Of a stretch of DNA of 64,000 nucleotides, positions 56,549-64,000 are shown piece after piece (position 1 is the first letter of the stretch; each line of letters opens with the position of its first letter). Both the position numbers and the translations under genes were made by a program. The stretch is from a virus. The stretch lies in IMG/VR virus record IMGVR_UViG_3300021185_002167, positions 1 to 64,000 of that record. One strand, written 5' to 3'. The notes beneath the pieces were generated by a model. That model had not been told where the DNA came from. It ran no database searches and worked only from the letters and a program-made list of their open reading frames with translations.

Positions 56549-57865
56549 ATGAAATTCAATGACGACATAACAATGAGCATTGCTGCAGCAGTATCTAATG
56601 TGCTGGAAGGTAAAGCTCCGGAAGAAAAGAAAGAGGAAGTTAAATATCCTCATGACATGTTTCATCCTAAAACTGGCGAAAAAGAAGTCGCTAAAGATGA
56701 AGCAGGCCATAAAGCTCTTGCAGCTAAAGGTTATACCCATGATAAACCTAAAATGGAATCACCTGATCAGCCAAAAGCAAAAGGCGAAAAAGAGTTTAAA
56801 AAGATGCACGACGATAACGTTGAAGTATCTGGTGAAGCTCCAGATGGTGAAGTAACCAAAGCTAAAAAAGGTAACTACTATAAAGAAGAAGTAGAAGAAG
56901 TTACTATTAGTGTTAGCGAAAAGCTAAATAAAAGCGGTAAAGCTACTTTAGATATAGATTACATAGGCGGTAAAGATCTTACTAAAAAACTAGAAAAAAA
57001 GTTTAAAGTTAAAATCAAACAAACTGGTTCTACAACAGCTGATATAACAGGTGATAGAAAAAACATTATCAACCTTTTAAAGTCAGATGCTTATCTTATG
57101 GATGAAGATGAAATTGAAGATACATTCTCAGAGCTAACTGAAGATTATAATAAAAAAAATGAGCTAACTAGATTAAAAAGAATTGATAAAATGGCTATGC
57201 AAATAGGTAAAGAAATAAGAAATTTTCCTAGGGAACTTACTGACGATGGAACTGATGATAAAGACCTAGCTCAGGCTTTTTATGATATGAATACTGGTTT
57301 AGGAGATTTAGACAATGGAATCTCAGATTTTGAATATGCTTTAAAAAGACTTAAAGAATCAGTAGAAGACGAAGAAGTTGATGAAGAATCAGAGAAGCAA
57401 AAGAAATATCAAGCATTCTTTAATAAAGCTTTAAAGAAATTTGGTGTATCATCTCCTGCTGAATTAGAAGGCGATAAGAAAAAAGAATTCTTTGATTACA
57501 TTGATAAGAACTACGAAGCTACTGATGAGTCAGTCAAAGAAGACGTCAGAGACATGAAAAACTATAAAGATAGAGATCGTAAAGGTCATGAAGCTTATAT
57601 GAGTATTCAAGTTGTTAAAGGTAATACTAGCAATAAGTTTGATGATGGCTTCGGTTTTTCTAAAGCTGAGATGGTTATGATGGATAAACTTATTAGCAAA
57701 ATCAAGAATATGCACGTATCTAGTTTTGATGGTGGTTCTTCAGGGCCAGCTTCTTTAGAGTTCTACGGTGACGAAGCTTCTCTTAAGAAATTTATAGCAG
57801 ATAAAAATGTACAAAAGATTGTTAAGAAATACAAAGGTAAAGTATCAGGACCAAATAAGGCTTAA
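56549..57865 (+). CDS. Large acidic modular protein (possible internal head protein)
   Basis: Modules separated by EEVEE, ESVEDEE and DESVKE linkers. Confidence 0.5.
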   Translation: MKFNDDITMSIAAAVSNVLEGKAPEEKKEEVKYPHDMFHPKTGEKEVAKDEAGHKALAAKGYTHDKPKMESPDQPKAKGEKEFKKMHDDNVEVSGEAPDGEVTKAKKGNYYKEEVEEVTISVSEKLNKSGKATLDIDYIGGKDLTKKLEKKFKVKIKQTGSTTADITGDRKNIINLLKSDAYLMDEDEIEDTFSELTEDYNKKNELTRLKRIDKMAMQIGKEIRNFPRELTDDGTDDKDLAQAFYDMNTGLGDLDNGISDFEYALKRLKESVEDEEVDEESEKQKKYQAFFNKALKKFGVSSPAELEGDKKKEFFDYIDKNYEATDESVKEDVRDMKNYKDRDRKGHEAYMSIQVVKGNTSNKFDDGFGFSKAEMVMMDKLISKIKNMHVSSFDGGSSGPASLEFYGDEASLKKFIADKNVQKIVKKYKGKVSGPNKA

Positions 57866-57885
57866 TTATCTCTTATAGATAATAT

Positions 57886-58257
57886 ATGATGAAAATATTT
57901 GATGAATTGAATAGCAAAAATTTTAAACTTTTTGCAGCACAAAATTATAACAATCCGGAATGTACGGATGTTGAAGAATTTAAGCAAGATATGAGTAGGT
58001 TTAAGTACCTTAAAAGATTGCTAACACGTTATGAAGAACATGGTGAGTTACAAGAGAGACTTATTCTCAATCACATCATAGTTCTTTATAATGTATTTGG
58101 CATAGAATCTTGTAATAAAATGATGTGGTATAAGATAGATGACAATCACTATCAATATATCAAGCCATTTTTAGTTTATCTTCATTATCTACCAGAGGAT
58201 GAAAAGGTTGAGGTCGTAATGGACCCTAACATAGTAGAAGTATTAAGGAAACTTTGA
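57886..58257 (+). CDS. Conserved T4-like hypothetical protein
   Basis: YNNPEC, RFKYLKRL, ERLILNHIIVLYNVFG. Confidence 0.7.
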   Translation: MMKIFDELNSKNFKLFAAQNYNNPECTDVEEFKQDMSRFKYLKRLLTRYEEHGELQERLILNHIIVLYNVFGIESCNKMMWYKIDDNHYQYIKPFLVYLHYLPEDEKVEVVMDPNIVEVLRKL

Positions 58258-58847
58258 TGGGAATTATATCAAGAACAGGAGATTTGTTTTATGCGTTTCG
58301 ATTTTTGAAACTGCTCGTCACTCCGTTCGAAAAAACAAAAGCATTTGAGCTTGGTATAATCGACAAAGAAGGAAAAACTATTAAAAAAGGCGCTGCACGT
58401 GGAACACCAGAAGAAAAGTCAGCCTATACAGTATTCCATAGATTAGTATTTAATCTTAAGAGACTGATTGGTAAAGCGCCGGGTGGTAAATCCTTAGTAG
58501 CTCGTTATGGTGCTGCATTGTTTCTTATTAAAGAACATACAGGTATGTCAGATGGTAAACTCTTAAGAAGCTTAGAAAAAGCTTTAGACATGCCAATTGA
58601 AGATGAGCTTAACGAGAACTATTGGTATCAAGATCAAGAGTCAAGATTAATGCCTGGTAACTACGTGTTAACAGAAGATATGGCATCATCAACAACAGGC
58701 GAAATCATTGCACGAATAAATGAAAAGGTTATTGTAGATGATTTTAAAACACCTATTGGATGTGTATCGAATATAAATATCTATAAGGTATTACATTCGA
58801 AGACAAAGCAAGAGATATACGTAAGTAATAGAGATATAAAACGATGA
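58254..58847 (+). CDS. Conserved T4-like hypothetical protein
   Basis: RFLKLLVTPF, LGIIDKEG, YTVFHRLVFNLKR. Confidence 0.7.
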   Translation: MMGIISRTGDLFYAFRFLKLLVTPFEKTKAFELGIIDKEGKTIKKGAARGTPEEKSAYTVFHRLVFNLKRLIGKAPGGKSLVARYGAALFLIKEHTGMSDGKLLRSLEKALDMPIEDELNENYWYQDQESRLMPGNYVLTEDMASSTTGEIIARINEKVIVDDFKTPIGCVSNINIYKVLHSKTKQEIYVSNRDIKR

Positions 58848-59392
58848 TGACATTTAACGAATATAGCAATACTTTAGATGATAAAATTTTTAAAGATTTT
58901 TTACTTGAAAGTGGGCTTAACGAAGAAGAATTAAAAGAAAATTGGGGCTTATTAGCAAGACTAGCCGGTGGTGTTTTAACTGGCGCAAGAGTAATGTTAT
59001 GGAATAGAGCTACTAAAACTGCATTAAAAGGAGTTTTTGCAGTAGGAATTGTTCCAGCTGCAGTACTTGGTAGTGTAGCATCATTAGGTGCTATGCTTTG
59101 TAGTTGGTTAGCCTTAGATATGGAAACATGTGCTCAGCTTGCTAAAGCAATATATTATGTAGGAATTACAGTTGCAGGAGCTTTTATGGCTTTAATGGGT
59201 AAAAAAGCAGCATTAAAATTTATTAATTGGGCAAATAAAAATAGAATTGATATTCAAGTTAAAAATTTACAAAACAAGAAAAAGTTAACTAAAGCCGATT
59301 TAGAAACAATAAAAAAAATAGCTAGAAAATATAATACTAAACAAACTCTAGATAACAAAGGCCTTGAAAAATTTAGGAAAAAGATAGCATAA
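58844..59392 (+). CDS. Membrane-helix protein with a targeting-like N-terminus
   Basis: MTFNEY; central hydrophobic Gly/Ala helices. Confidence 0.55.
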   Translation: MMTFNEYSNTLDDKIFKDFLLESGLNEEELKENWGLLARLAGGVLTGARVMLWNRATKTALKGVFAVGIVPAAVLGSVASLGAMLCSWLALDMETCAQLAKAIYYVGITVAGAFMALMGKKAALKFINWANKNRIDIQVKNLQNKKKLTKADLETIKKIARKYNTKQTLDNKGLEKFRKKIA

Positions 59393-59625
59393 TGAAAAGG
59401 ACATTTAAAGAATTTGAAGGTATGTGGGAAGACGCAGCAGCTAATTCAGTAGCTGGCGGTGGTGTATCAATGCCATCAGACATGATGCCAAAAGCATCTC
59501 TTAAAAAACATAAAAAAAGAATCTATGACGGTAGAACCAAAGAAGGTAAAAAGTTTGTAGAAAGAATATTAGCAAGAAGAAATGCAAAAATCAGCGCAAT
59601 GGAAAAAAACGATGAAAACGTTTAA
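59392..59625 (+). CDS. Putative internal head protein
   Basis: MKRTFKEFE; EDAAANSV; YDGRTK. Confidence 0.55.
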   Translation: MKRTFKEFEGMWEDAAANSVAGGGVSMPSDMMPKASLKKHKKRIYDGRTKEGKKFVERILARRNAKISAMEKNDENV

Positions 59626-59905
59626 AGAATTTAAAAAAGATATCAGTGAAGCTTATAAGTTTGATAAAAACGACTTTAGGTATTGGAGATCAGGTGGTAT
59701 GGAACTTAAGCTAAGAAATGGCGCATACGGATCTGACGTTGAACAGGCATTTAAAAAGGCTGGATATGATGTGTATGGTAGAGATGTAGATATTAATAGA
59801 GATTCTATTAAGTTTAACTCATACAGTAAACATTGGGGAACAGACGATAAAAAAATACGTAAAGTAGTATTAAAAGTTCTTGGTGTAGATATAGAAAGAT
59901 TATAA
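59612..59905 (+). CDS. Putative internal head protein
   Basis: MKTFKEFKKDISE (start 59612). Confidence 0.55.
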   Translation: MKTFKEFKKDISEAYKFDKNDFRYWRSGGMELKLRNGAYGSDVEQAFKKAGYDVYGRDVDINRDSIKFNSYSKHWGTDDKKIRKVVLKVLGVDIERL

Positions 59906-59906
59906 T

Positions 59907-60149
59907 ATGAAAAATTTTATTATTAGCACGTGGGAAAAGATTCAATGGTTCTTAAGACTATTTCAAAAGAGGTATACTATATACGTATCATTTGATAGCC
60001 AATGGGGAAATGAAGACGATCAAGTATACATGCACGTAAGAAAAGTAATCAAAGCAAATTTCAAAGAATTAAAGTTTAGAACTGATGACAAAAGAGTTAT
60101 ACATATTAGAGGTATGCAAGGACTCAGATATAAGATAGAGGATGAATAG
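59907..60149 (+). CDS. Hypothetical protein
   Basis: 80-aa ORF in the operon. Confidence 0.55.
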   Translation: MKNFIISTWEKIQWFLRLFQKRYTIYVSFDSQWGNEDDQVYMHVRKVIKANFKELKFRTDDKRVIHIRGMQGLRYKIEDE

Positions 60150-60244
60150 TGATTAAAAAATTCATTAACGATATCAAAGAAGAGCTTAAATCTGCTCACT
60201 GGTTATGGTGGGTAGGATTAATTTGTTTATTGGTACTATTATAA
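60149..60244 (+). CDS. 31-aa membrane peptide (not in the ORF track)
   Basis: GTG start after GAGG; WLWWVGLICLLVLL. Confidence 0.4.
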   Translation: MIKKFINDIKEELKSAHWLWWVGLICLLVLL

Positions 60245-60257
60245 TAGAGGACAAATA

Positions 60258-60638
60258 ATGAATCAAATGTTTATTGGTATTATTCTTGTTATGGGATTAG
60301 GTGGTTATTATCTATATAACGAAAACCAAACACTCACTCAGAATAATATAAAATTAGAATCAGCTGTTGAAGAGCAAAAGCAAACAATGGCAATCATGAA
60401 AGAGCAATACGAAAAGCAAGGTAAAGCTCTCATGAATATGACTCGAGTTAATGCTCAAATAGAAGCTGAAAAGGCTGAATATTTAGCAATATTTTCTCGA
60501 CATAATTTAGATAACCTTGCATTAAAGAAACCAGGTCTCATTGAACTTAGATTTAATAAAGCAAGTGAAGGCGTAATGGAGGGACTCGAAGATGATACAG
60601 AAGTATTGTACAATCTCAGCACTAATCCTAGTAATTAG
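60258..60638 (+). CDS. Inner-membrane spanin (Rz-like)
   Basis: N-terminal TM plus coiled coil; overlaps a lipoprotein gene. Confidence 0.7.
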   Translation: MNQMFIGIILVMGLGGYYLYNENQTLTQNNIKLESAVEEQKQTMAIMKEQYEKQGKALMNMTRVNAQIEAEKAEYLAIFSRHNLDNLALKKPGLIELRFNKASEGVMEGLEDDTEVLYNLSTNPSN

Positions 60639-61101
60639 TAGTTGTAGTTTATTACCTACTAAACAAATAGATATAGTATCTAAGCCAGTGCAGATAGATA
60701 TTATGCAACCAGATTTACCACGACCAGTCGAACTTACAGCACCTCAATGGTATGTTGTATCTGAAGCAAGAATAACTAATCCATGTAAAAAGGTAGATGA
60801 TAAAAGACCTAAGGCTTGTGATTTATCTGAAAGAGAAAATCCAGATTGGCCTGAAGGTTATACATATCTTGATAGATTTTTAGATGATATGAAAGATCAG
60901 AATAACGGCGAAATTGTATTTGTTGCCACATCAGTTGGCGATTATAAAGTCATGGCAGAAGACATGCAAGAATTAAAACGATACATTAAACAGTTAGGCG
61001 AAGTAGTAATCTACTATCGAAGTGTTACCATGCCTAATGGTGATAAAGGTGTAGGAGTTGGTATCAAAACTCCTGAATCAGTATCAGAAATTCGCGGCTA
61101 A
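60592..61101 (+). CDS. Outer-membrane spanin (Rz1-like lipoprotein)
   Basis: Lipobox LVISSC; Pro-rich region. Confidence 0.7.
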   Translation: MIQKYCTISALILVISSCSLLPTKQIDIVSKPVQIDIMQPDLPRPVELTAPQWYVVSEARITNPCKKVDDKRPKACDLSERENPDWPEGYTYLDRFLDDMKDQNNGEIVFVATSVGDYKVMAEDMQELKRYIKQLGEVVIYYRSVTMPNGDKGVGVGIKTPESVSEIRG

Positions 61102-61118
61102 AAAACTTAAAATAAACG

Positions 61119-61147
61119 TTTACAAATGCCGCGTTTTGTGGTATAAT
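61119..61147 (+). promoter_or_regulatory. Early-type promoter
   Basis: TTTACA 61119-17-TATAAT 61142. Confidence 0.8.
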
Positions 61148-61157
61148 ATATAATATA

Positions 61158-63467
61158 ATGAATAAAGAAAACACTACAATTAACGTCACTAAAAGGGATG
61201 GTACAAATCAACCTTTTAATTTAGACAAAGTCCACAAAGTCCTTGAATGGGCGGTTGAAGATATCTCAGGCGTATCAATGTCTGAAATAGAACTCAAAGC
61301 GAATATACAACTATATGATAAGATAGAAGCTTATGATATACATGAGTTGTTAATCAAATCAGCTGCTGAGCTTATATCTGAACATACTCCAAACTATCAG
61401 TTTGTTGCAGCTCGTCTTATATCTTATAAGATGAGAAAAGAAGCTTATGGTAAATACACACCACCTGAGTTAAATACTATTATAGAAAGAAATATAGAAC
61501 TAGGTGTATATGACAGTGAAGTCACTCAAATGTATACTCAAGAAGAAATATCAGAACTCAGTGATTATATCAAACATGATAGAGACGATACATTTACATA
61601 TGCAGGTATGGAACAATTCAGAGGTAAGTATCTGGTTCAAGATAGAAGAACTAAAAAACTATTTGAAACTCCACAAGTATTGTATATGATGATTGCAATG
61701 ACTTTATTTGGTAAATACAAAGATAACAGATTAAAATACGTAAAGGACTATTATGATGCAACATCTCTCTTCTATATATCACTCCCTACGCCAATCATGG
61801 CAGGAGTTAGAACACCGACTCGACAATTCAGTTCTTGTGTTCTTATTGAATCAGGAGATTCCCTTGATTCTATTAATGCTACTGCTTCATCTATTGTTAA
61901 ATATATAAGTAAAAAAGCAGGTATAGGAATAGGAGCTGGTTCTATCAGAGCAAATGGCGCTAAGGTAGGAGATGGTTCAGTAGTTCATACAGGACTTATA
62001 CCATTTCTAAAATACTTTCAGTCAGCTGTTAAATCATGTTCACAAGGTGGAGTAAGAGGTGGAGCAGCTACTGTATATCTACCTTTATGGCATTATGAAT
62101 TTGAAGACTTAATCGTACTTAAAAACAATAAAGGTACTGATGAAACAAGAGTTCGTCACATGGATTATGCATTTCAATTTAACAAACTTATGTATGAAAG
62201 ACTTTTATCTGGCGGGAACATAACATTTTTCGATCCAAATGATGTACCTGGTTTATATGATGCATTTTTTGTAGATCAAGACAAATTTCAAGAGTTATAC
62301 GAAAAATACGAGAGAGCTCACAGTATAAGGAAAAAAACATTACCAGCTTTAGAAGTATTTCAATCATTCTTAACAGAAAGAAAAGATACTGGTAGGATAT
62401 ATCTTATGAATGTAGACCATGCTAACGATCATGGTTCATTTATACCAGAGAAAGCTCCTATCAAAATGAGTAACCTATGTTGCGAAATTGATTTACCTAC
62501 AACACCATTAGAAAGTAATGATGATACAGATGGAGAAATATCTCTTTGTACTTTATCAGCAATTAACTGGGGACTTATAAATGAAACACATGAATTTGAA
62601 AAATATTGCGACCTTACAGTACGTGCTCTTAATGAGTTATTGGACTACCAAGGCTATCCAATCGAAGCAGCAAAACAAGGGACTCTTAATAGAAGACCTT
62701 TGGGCGTTGGAATTATCAATCTTGCCTATTTTCTAGCTAAAAGAGGACTTAAATATGACGAATCAGCATACGAAGTTGTTGATGAATATGCTGAAGCTTG
62801 GTCATATTATTTGTTAAAAAGTTCAGCAAACCTTGCAGCTGAAAGAGGAAAATTGATATATAATACAGATACGAAATATTCTAAAGGAATACTTCCTATC
62901 GATACTTATAAGAGAGCGATAGATAATCTTATAGTGCATAGAGAGCGTTTACCGTGGGAAGAGTTAAGAGAACAACTCAGAGAAACTGGTATTAGAAACT
63001 CTACGCTAATGGCCTTGATGCCCGCTGAAACAAGCGCTCAGATAAGTAATAGTACGAATGGTATTGAACCACCAAGAGCATTGGTATCGTACAAACAAAG
63101 TAAAGATGGAGTGATGGCTCAGGTTGTGCCTGGATATCATCATCTTAAAAATAAATATGATTTACTCTGGGATCAAAAGTCTCCGGAGGGATATCTTGCA
63201 ATATGTGGTATATTACAAAAATATATTGACCAAGGAATCTCTGTAAATACATCTTATAATCCTGAACACTTTGAGGATAATAAGGTACCTATGTCAGTAA
63301 TGATAAAGGATTTAGTAACATCATATAAGTATGGATTAAAGCAATTATATTACTTCAACACATTTGATGGAGCTGGAGAAATGACTGATGGAGAAACTCA
63401 TCATGCCTACGACGGCAAGAGCGAAACATTTGTTGATGATGAGGATTGCGATTCATGCAAGATTTAA
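61158..63467 (+). CDS. nrdA: Class Ia ribonucleotide reductase alpha subunit
   Basis: ATP cone VTKRDG, RQFSSC, SQGGVRGG, SNLCCEI, LYY, C-terminal CDSC. Confidence 0.97.
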   Translation: MNKENTTINVTKRDGTNQPFNLDKVHKVLEWAVEDISGVSMSEIELKANIQLYDKIEAYDIHELLIKSAAELISEHTPNYQFVAARLISYKMRKEAYGKYTPPELNTIIERNIELGVYDSEVTQMYTQEEISELSDYIKHDRDDTFTYAGMEQFRGKYLVQDRRTKKLFETPQVLYMMIAMTLFGKYKDNRLKYVKDYYDATSLFYISLPTPIMAGVRTPTRQFSSCVLIESGDSLDSINATASSIVKYISKKAGIGIGAGSIRANGAKVGDGSVVHTGLIPFLKYFQSAVKSCSQGGVRGGAATVYLPLWHYEFEDLIVLKNNKGTDETRVRHMDYAFQFNKLMYERLLSGGNITFFDPNDVPGLYDAFFVDQDKFQELYEKYERAHSIRKKTLPALEVFQSFLTERKDTGRIYLMNVDHANDHGSFIPEKAPIKMSNLCCEIDLPTTPLESNDDTDGEISLCTLSAINWGLINETHEFEKYCDLTVRALNELLDYQGYPIEAAKQGTLNRRPLGVGIINLAYFLAKRGLKYDESAYEVVDEYAEAWSYYLLKSSANLAAERGKLIYNTDTKYSKGILPIDTYKRAIDNLIVHRERLPWEELREQLRETGIRNSTLMALMPAETSAQISNSTNGIEPPRALVSYKQSKDGVMAQVVPGYHHLKNKYDLLWDQKSPEGYLAICGILQKYIDQGISVNTSYNPEHFEDNKVPMSVMIKDLVTSYKYGLKQLYYFNTFDGAGEMTDGETHHAYDGKSETFVDDEDCDSCKI

Positions 63468-63688
63468 AGAAAAAAATAAACGACAGAATGGATATCCTAC
63501 AAGATTGGATGGAGCAGGATTACCATCTTAAAAGACCTGACGTTGTTTATGAACATACATTAACAGTAAGTAAATTCTGGCCTGTATTATCTGAAGAGGA
63601 TAGAGATTATATACAAGGCGTACAATTTGCAATTGATACAAAATCGAACATATCTTGGAGACCGAATGCCGATACTACAGAAAAATAA
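63446..63688 (+). CDS. Hypothetical protein between nrdA and nrdB
   Basis: 80-aa ORF overlapping both neighbours; start may be the second Met. Confidence 0.6.
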   Translation: MRFMQDLKKKINDRMDILQDWMEQDYHLKRPDVVYEHTLTVSKFWPVLSEEDRDYIQGVQFAIDTKSNISWRPNADTTEK

Positions 63689-64000
63689 AAAATCACATCT
63701 AGAACGTAACATGTTTTTTGATAATGGTGTTGACATCGCAAGATACGATCAAGTCAAATATCCACAATTAGAAAAAATAACAGACAAACAACTTGGTTTC
63801 TTTTGGAGACCAGAAGAAGTAGATGTATCAAAAGATAAGAAAGACTTTTATGAGCTTTCAGAGCATGAGCAACATATCTTTACATCTAATCTTAAAAGAC
63901 AGATTGTTTTAGATAGTGTACAAGGACGAGCTCCTAATATGGCATTTCTTCCTATATGTTCTTTACCAGAAGTAGAGAACTGGGTAGAGACATGGTCATT
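63666..64000 (+). CDS. nrdB: Ribonucleotide reductase beta subunit (3'-truncated; not in the ORF track)
   Basis: MPILQK...RYDQVKY...[14 protein letters not shown]...[19 protein letters not shown]. Confidence 0.95.
   Translation, partial: MPILQKNKKSHLERNMFFDNGVDIARYDQVKYPQLEKITDKQLGFFWRPEEVDVSKDKKDFYELSEHEQHIFTSNLKRQIVLDSVQGRAPNMAFLPICSLPEVENWVETWS

Noticed and set aside
1127-57715. Numerous minus-strand and out-of-frame ORFs in the track (e.g. 10658-11080, 29436-29891, 31367-31780)
   Set aside because: They are shadows of well-supported plus-strand genes, with no SD or recognisable motifs
16908-59611. Longest-ORF starts at 16908, 28730, 29086, 36175, 37798, 38453, 55583 and 59582
   Set aside because: Downstream starts fit SD position, gene overlaps and family N-termini better
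6734-63467. Introns, inteins or homing endonucleases in gp17, gp43, gp41, uvsX or nrdA
   Set aside because: All are uninterrupted and of normal length

Overview
A 64-kb, AT-rich, essentially all plus-strand segment of a T4-like myophage of marine type. The host is probably a gammaproteobacterium, judged from the E. coli-like NrdA/NrdB and bS21 and from the spanins. Gene order: tail fibres; neck, tail, terminase and head module (gp13-gp23, gp3) with an inserted RimK-like ligase; uvsY, uvsW, gp55, gp47, gp46; two aberrant tRNA-like RNAs; a VWA/AAA+ pair; the replisome (gp45, gp44, gp62, regA, hsp20, gp43); a nucleotide/DNA-modification island; bS21, uvsX, gp41; a long array of proteins with T4 capsid-targeting-like N-termini; spanins; nrdA and partial nrdB. 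The best candidate for an undescribed system is 37557-44282. It encodes a T4 gp42-type dCMP hydroxymethylase, a dCMP deaminase, a divergent myo-inositol-1-phosphate synthase and a HAD phosphatase. These are followed by three enzymes (aGPT-Pplase/amino acid:DNA transferase-like, SGNH-like, and a C5-methyltransferase homologue with a degenerate SAM motif). All three end in a LxxFF-type tail like the polymerase's sliding-clamp-binding tail. This suggests replication-coupled hypermodification of hydroxymethyl-pyrimidines with inositol or another cyclitol (inference, untested). All family calls come from motif recognition by eye; no database searches were run.
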